This document shows, piece by piece, positions 54,125 through 60,514 of a stretch of 60,514 nt of DNA. Position 1 is the stretch's first letter. The number at the start of each line of letters is the position of its first letter. Location: positions 186,001-246,514 of the forward strand of contig CAJNYD010000423.1 in the NCBI GenBank assembly GCA_905331295.1, written 5' to 3'. A program made the translations under genes and the position numbers. This stretch comes from Rotaria socialis. Lineage: Eukaryota. The notes beneath the pieces were generated by a model that was given only the letters and a program-made list of their open reading frames with translations, did no database searches and was not told the origin of the DNA.

Positions 54125-57100
54125 TCATTTCGATTCAAAATATAACGAATAATCGGTTGTTGTTGCAATATTTATATATGCATTATGATCACCAGTTGGT
54201 TCACTTGTGAGTATTTCAATACGATCGATATTAGCAAGTGGTTGAATCAGATCAGCATATAAAGTAAAGAGTGGTGATATTGGCGATGAAGCTCGAACGT
54301 AGACTGAAAGAACAGAATTTTATTATCAAATAAACTTTGTAAGATTAAAATGTCAGACAGAATGGAATTGTTTGTGGTATAAGTGAGGATATTACACGAC
54401 AGGCATCTTAACCTCTATTATCTGCAGATGTGCGGAACTAATGCTTTTGGTTCCAGTTTGAATGATTCTTTTTCTCATAGTGAACTCTGATCTCTCGCTG
54501 CAGGATCTTATGTCTCTACGCCTGTCATGATATATCATACAAGGACAAGCGTGACAAATCTTTTGGGTTATACTTCAGCACTCTCATTTAGAAAACTTAC
54601 GATTATTTTTTTCCTTGGAAACAATCTTGTTAGCTGCACGGTACGAACGAATTTTATTAATTGATTCATAAATATTTGTAACATTTGCTTCAATTTTTTC
54701 ATTACGATATTGCTGGAACTAAATAACAAATAAATATAAGAAAAACAAAATTACAGAAGAAAATCTCTTACTTGACTTGATTGTGGATAAGGTGTAACAC
54801 AAAGACTCTGTGGCGAGTTTTGTCCATTATTTGGTTTTGGTAAACGTTGATAGAGTTCTTCCGAAATGTATGGCATAATAGGTGCCAACAATCTCAAACC
54901 ATTATTTAAACATGTATATAAAATAAGTTTAATAAGTTCTTGTCGTTTCGCATCTGGTTCTTTTGCATATAAATCTTTTTTAACATATTCAATGTAAACA
55001 TCACATAGATCATAAAGCCAAAAACTGTAAATAGCTGTTGTCACTTGAGGAAATAGATAATTAGTAAAGCCTGTTTCACATTGTTCAATAGTATAACTTA
55101 ATCGACTTAATATCCATAAGTCACATGCTGTTTCTGCACCGGTAAGCTGAAAAAGATAAGTTTATCTCTATTGATTTATTCAGAAAGTTTTAATTACTTT
55201 AAATTCAGCTGGTGGTTGAAAACAATTTGGATCGTTAATATCTAGATTTTTCGACATTGCAAATCTGATTGCATTCCAGAGTTTATTGCAAAAACGTCGA
55301 TAGCCTTCAATACGTAATACATCCAAATTGATATCTCGACCTATATACAATGGTGAAGAAAACAAATCGACTAATGATACTGAAATTACCTTGATTAGCA
55401 TAAGCACAAAGAGCAAAACGTAAGGCATCTGTACCACATTCAGGAATACCATTTGGATAATCATTCTGTTGACCTAGTCGTGCACGTTCATATTCTTTTG
55501 GATCAAGATTAGAAGTTTTTAATTGTGCTTGAAGACTTTCAAGTGAAACACCATGCATAACATCAAGGGGATCGATAACATTGCCTAACATTTTTGACAT
55601 TTTACGTCCATGAGCATCACGAATAATAGCATGCAAATAGACTTCTGTAAATGGTAATTGATCAGTTAATTCTAATGATAACATAACCATGCGAGCGACC
55701 CAAAAGAAAAGAATATCATGGCCAGTTTCAAGTAATTTTGTCGGGAAAAATCGTTTTAAATCATCAGTTTCCAATGGCCAACCAAATGATGAAAATGGAA
55801 AAAGACCAGATGAAAACCATGTATCAAGTACATCTTCATCTAATTAAAAAGAGATAAAAATAGGTTAAGTCTACACATTATTTATTTACCTTGTCGTAAT
55901 TGAATTTTTTCTTTTGGTATATTAAATCGTTCAGCTGCTTTATCAAGTGCTTCCTCAGATGTATGAGCACTAATCCAATATTTATCATCCGTATCATTAC
56001 CAACCGGAATATCATCTGAACTAACAAAATACGATGGTATACGATGACCCCACCATAACTGCCGTGAAATACACCAATCACGTATATCTTCTAACCATCG
56101 ATACCAAGCAGGTTCGAAAATCGTTGGTAAAATTTTTAATTCTTTCGATCGTACAGCCTCAATTGAACGTTCTGCCATCGTTTTACAATTGACATACCAT
56201 TGTGGTTTAAGTAATGGTTCGATAATATCTTTACTTCGACTACATATTGGTAAAACCATTTCATTTTCTTTCGAATCACGATAAAGACCACGTTCTTTTA
56301 AATCAACTAAAAGTTCACGACGAACTTGAAAACGTGGCTTGCCAGCATACGGACCACATTCTGATGTCATTAATCCATCACCATTAATACATGTGATAAA
56401 TGGTAATGAAAGACGACGTCCACAATCGAAATCATTTTGATCATGGGCTGGTGTTATTTTAACTGCACCAGAACCGAATGCTGGATCAACCATGGTATCA
56501 GTAAGAATCGGTAAACGACGAGGAAGAAATGGATGTTGAACAAATTTACCATATAAATGTTTATAACGTTCATCATCGGGATGAACAACAATGGCTGTAT
56601 CACCAAGCATGGTTTCAAGACGAGTTGTTGCAACAATGATTTCTTCTTCTACAGAGGGAAATTTAGAAACAATTCTTTGAAATGCAAAAATAAGTTACTG
56701 GAATTTTCAACCGGATATGCGAAGTAGATTAAGACACCAAATTCAACCGGTTGGTCATAACCGGGGACACTAATTAATGTTCGACCTTTTAATTCAGTCT
56801 TGTCGACCTGAAAAATAATTATCAGATATTATTTTCCAGGAAAGATCCAAATTTCTTACTTCAATATCCGAAATAGCCGATTTAAGTGTACACGACCAAT
56901 TAACTAATCGTGTTGAACGATAAATTAATTTCTTCTCATGAAGACGAATAAATGCTTCTTCAACAGCATATGACATGCCTTTATCCATGGTGAATACTTT
57001 ACGTGACCAATCGCATGAGGAACCTAATGCTTTAATCTGTTCATAGATGTGATCACCTATTAATAAAAAATGAACAAATTAGTCACAACCTAAAATGTGG

Positions 57101-57988
57101 GGAATTTTGTGTTCTCATATTCCCTCTGAAAGAAGCATCTCGGAATTGTGAGTCTATGACATACTGAATCCTTCACCCAACATATATAACAAAATCAAAC
57201 CTTTTTCATTTTTCCATTTCCAAATTTCATCTAAAAACTTTTCTCGTCCTAAATCATGTCTTGATAACTTTTGTTCACGCATTAGTTTTTTTTCAACAAT
57301 AACTTGTGTTGCAATACCAGCATGATCACATCCGGGAACCCATAGAACAGTTTCACCACACATACGATGCCATCGTGCAAGTGTATCTTCAAGTGTACAC
57401 ATAATAGCATGACCTAAATGAAGATAACCAGTGACATTTGGTGGTGGAATAACTATAGTAAATGATTTTCGTGGTGTTGAAGCATTCGACGGTGGATTCT
57501 CATCGTAATATTCCGGTCGAAAAAAACCTTCTTTTTCCCACCAAGTATACCACCTTGCTTTGACATATTTTGGACTATAAGATTTTGGTAATTCACAATG
57601 AAGATCTGAAGAATAGGAGATGAGTGATGTGAATTGAATGGTTAGTCTGTCAACCTTTTTTCTCGCCTTCTGCTGTAGGAGCTGTATATTCGGTAATGTC
57701 ACGTGCAGGTTCTTTTTTCGGTGCACCAACACTACTTGCTTTTTTCTGAAATATGTAAATAAAATTTCATAGAAATTTGAATAAAATGAATAAAACCTTT
57801 TCTTCAGCTTCGGCTTTAGCCCTTTGTTTTTCTTCGAATTTTCGCATTTTCTCCGCTTTCACTGCATCTTTTGCTAATTGTTTAGCTGTTTTTGGTGGAC
57901 CATCACCTTCAACAACTTGTTGCTGTTTTTCACCGTCATCAGATTTTGAATTTTCATCATTCGGGTGGTTAGAACCACTTGTTGCCAT
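54125..57988 (-). CDS. VARS1: Valyl-tRNA synthetase (cytosolic type), multi-exon
   Basis: [103 protein letters not shown]. Exons join in frame to TGA at 54125-54127. Confidence 0.96.
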
Positions 57989-58354
57989 CTAGGAAAATAA
58001 AATAAAATATAACAAAAAGAAAATTCATTAGTCTTTAAATAGTGATTGATTGTCTATTGCATCAGTTTTTCGTCACAAAATATGATGAAATAAAAATAAA
58101 TAAAAATTTCTCCGACTTGACTAATGACTCATTCAATTATTTCGATTGGCTTCTAATTAACTATTTAATAAATTATCAATTGAAAATCGTAATGAAATTT
58201 CAAATAATCATTTCATTTATATTTTTCAATCTTAATGTGTTTTCACTAATTTGATTTTTCATTGGTTGATATTTGAACCAATAGAAAATGCTTAGTTACT
58301 CGAGAAGCTGTAGTTACGCACGGAAGAATAGCTGCGTTATTTGTGCTTTCAACA

Positions 58355-58472
58355 ATGGTAAAGATATTTTAATCTTCGCTTTTAATTATTATTAATTTTC
58401 TAGCCTCGGCCATCAACTGCATCAAGTAAAGGAGGAAAAGATGAATCGGTTCGAGTTGTTGTCCGATGCCGT
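58355..58472 (+). CDS. First exons of a kinesin motor gene (KIF3/kinesin-2-like N-terminus); remainder not in window
   Basis: ATG|GTAAAG intron (58358-58403) then PRPSTASSKGGKDESVRVVVRCR, the conserved start of the kinesin motor. Divergent from VARS1. Confidence 0.7.
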
Positions 58473-58508
58473 ATATTCAATGGCTTATGTTCAAGATGAA
58501 AACAATAG

Positions 58509-59045
58509 AGTAAGTGGGGGTAAGTGTAAAATGAAAAATAGTGTGCCTTAGAATAATTGCGATAACTTTTTTAGTTTTGATTTAAAAAAAAAGTTTCGGT
58601 CACAAGACCCCTAGCTAAGATGACACTCTATCGATTGGTGCAAAAATCAACTGAAAACCCTGTACGTAGAGCTATCTGCAGGGTATCCTTTGATCACGAT
58701 TTTGCGAGTTTACATTTACCCCCGTTGGGGTGAATGTATAATCATGCTTGCATCACTGGGGTAAATGTATAATCCCTGCTATTTTATATGAGTTCTGTAA
58801 AACACAATTTTTGAGAGATTGATGTTTCATTTGTGTGTGTTTCTTTTCATCAGTCGATAGCTCAAACATTTCTCTATCACTCTAAACTAATCTTAACTGT
58901 ATAAGTCAAAATGAAACTTTTTTTACAAAGCTAGCAAAAACAGCTCCAAAAATAAATTTCGTAAAATATCGAAAATATTCACCTCATATGGGGTGAGTGT
59001 ATAATCACACTGGTGTCACTGGGGTAAATGTATAATCTCAGCAGA
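58509..59045. mobile_element. Transposon subterminal region with GGGGT(A/G)A(A/G)TGTA repeats
   Basis: Motif at ~58517, 58727, 58757, 58990 and 59021, and inverted at ~58710-58723. Confidence 0.55.
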
Positions 59046-60514
59046 TTTTGCTGGACATCCTAAAACTCAACTTTCATAAGATTCATCAGGAATTTTCAGG
59101 TCTTCTCAGCAGACAAATCCTTCGGAATGATGAGCTCATTAATTTTAAAGCATTTAAAAAATAAATTTTATGATTTTTATGTGGATTTTGTTTGTTACAC
59201 TATAGCGAAAGGTCAATCTACAACACAAAATAGCTGTTTTTCAAGGGAATTTTGTTAATCATGAGAACTAACTAATATTTTCTTTTCATTATAAGAAGTG
59301 AACATCTATTTCGATTATATTTATGCTCTTATTTAGGAAAAAATAGTTTGCTTATTTACTAAAATTATCAATTAAACAACTTTATTATTGATTTCGTCCA
59401 ATTTCATTAGATAGACTAACACTTTGATATGTTTTTCATACTAGCTAGGCGTAAATAACTGTGATCTATCTTAATAGAAATCCTCAAATAGATTTTAAAA
59501 AAAAATTTAGGTAAATGTGAAGAATTATTAATCTAGCTACAAAATCTTCCTACAACCTGCTACCAATTAGATATAGAAGTTAATAATATCTTCTTAACGT
59601 TGTTTAGACTGTTTATAAATGATATATAATGAGTTCTAGCAAAATTTGGGGCACAACAGGTTGTTCAACTCATCCAGGAAGTTTTGCAATGAAGAAGTTA
59701 TTATTTTCAGTGCTTCACAGTGATAGCCGAATGTAATTGTTGAACCTGATTGCAAACTCATTGAAATCTAGCTCAAAAATAATCACTATACTTTCTTTTA
59801 TTAAGTTACAAGTGATTTTCGTTATGTTTGCGTGAAAGTCCGAAGAAATATCCTTGAAAAATACTAGAAATCACTACTATGATTGCCAAGTAAGGACAAC
59901 CTATACTTAGTGGTGCTTTATGTCTCTGAATTAGTAGTTATGACTAAGTTATTGAATGTTCAAAGTAAATTTTGATAAATAGAAGAAAATTTGTCAAGAC
60001 AGTAACATCATCCCGAACAAATATAGCTAAGTATTCAGATACTAATTTAATTGATGTTTAATTTTTGAACTTGAGTGATTCTTAGGTAAATTTATTACTA
60101 TCTTTAACTAATAATATTAACTATACATCTAGGTTTTAGCTGAACTATTTTCAAATATATATTAACAATAAAGATTTCGTGCTATATCTATAATTAATTC
60201 ATTTGAATCATTTTCTATATCTGATCTCGGAAAGTTTTGAATGGTAAAAACCACATTAAATAATAATGCTATGATAGGCGATGTATGAGAAAGTCTTTTA
60301 ATTAATTTGTTTTGAATTTTGAATTCAACTCAGTAATTCAGATGATAATTTCAACATGAATTCAGAAGAATCATGGGGAAAGATCCGCCTGTTCTATTGA
60401 ATGACCGATCTTGATAGATTTCATTTATTTAGCTGGTAAAAAACTGACAAATAATACTAATATCGAGTTAACTTTATGAAAAGATCAATCTGATGCCAAA
60501 TAAAAACATACTTC

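Overview
AT-rich eukaryotic (animal) genomic scaffold with short (~50-60 nt) GT-AG introns. The gene families and intron style suggest a bdelloid rotifer (inference). The left end holds a tight + strand cluster EDF1/MBF1-CNEP1R1-COG6 and a convergent coronin. The middle (~15-40 kb) is dominated by nested DNA transposons: hAT-, Tc/mariner-, Tc4/Tc5-, MULE- and CACTA-like elements and MITEs. It also contains a PAN/Apple gene fragment, a decayed and partly inverted UBR4 pseudogene and an array of 27-nt micro-exon-like units. The right part has minus-strand genes CENPV-like, an intronless tandem CsaA-domain gene (HGT candidate with a mitochondrial-presequence-like N-terminus), DUS3L and ValRS. It also has Helentron/DINE-like elements with repeated GNA-triloop hairpins, a truncated DUF4394-like pseudogene and the first exons of a kinesin. 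Two assembly gaps and a poly-C artefact are present. No rRNA, tRNA or CRISPR array was recognised. All family calls come from recalled motifs, not database searches.
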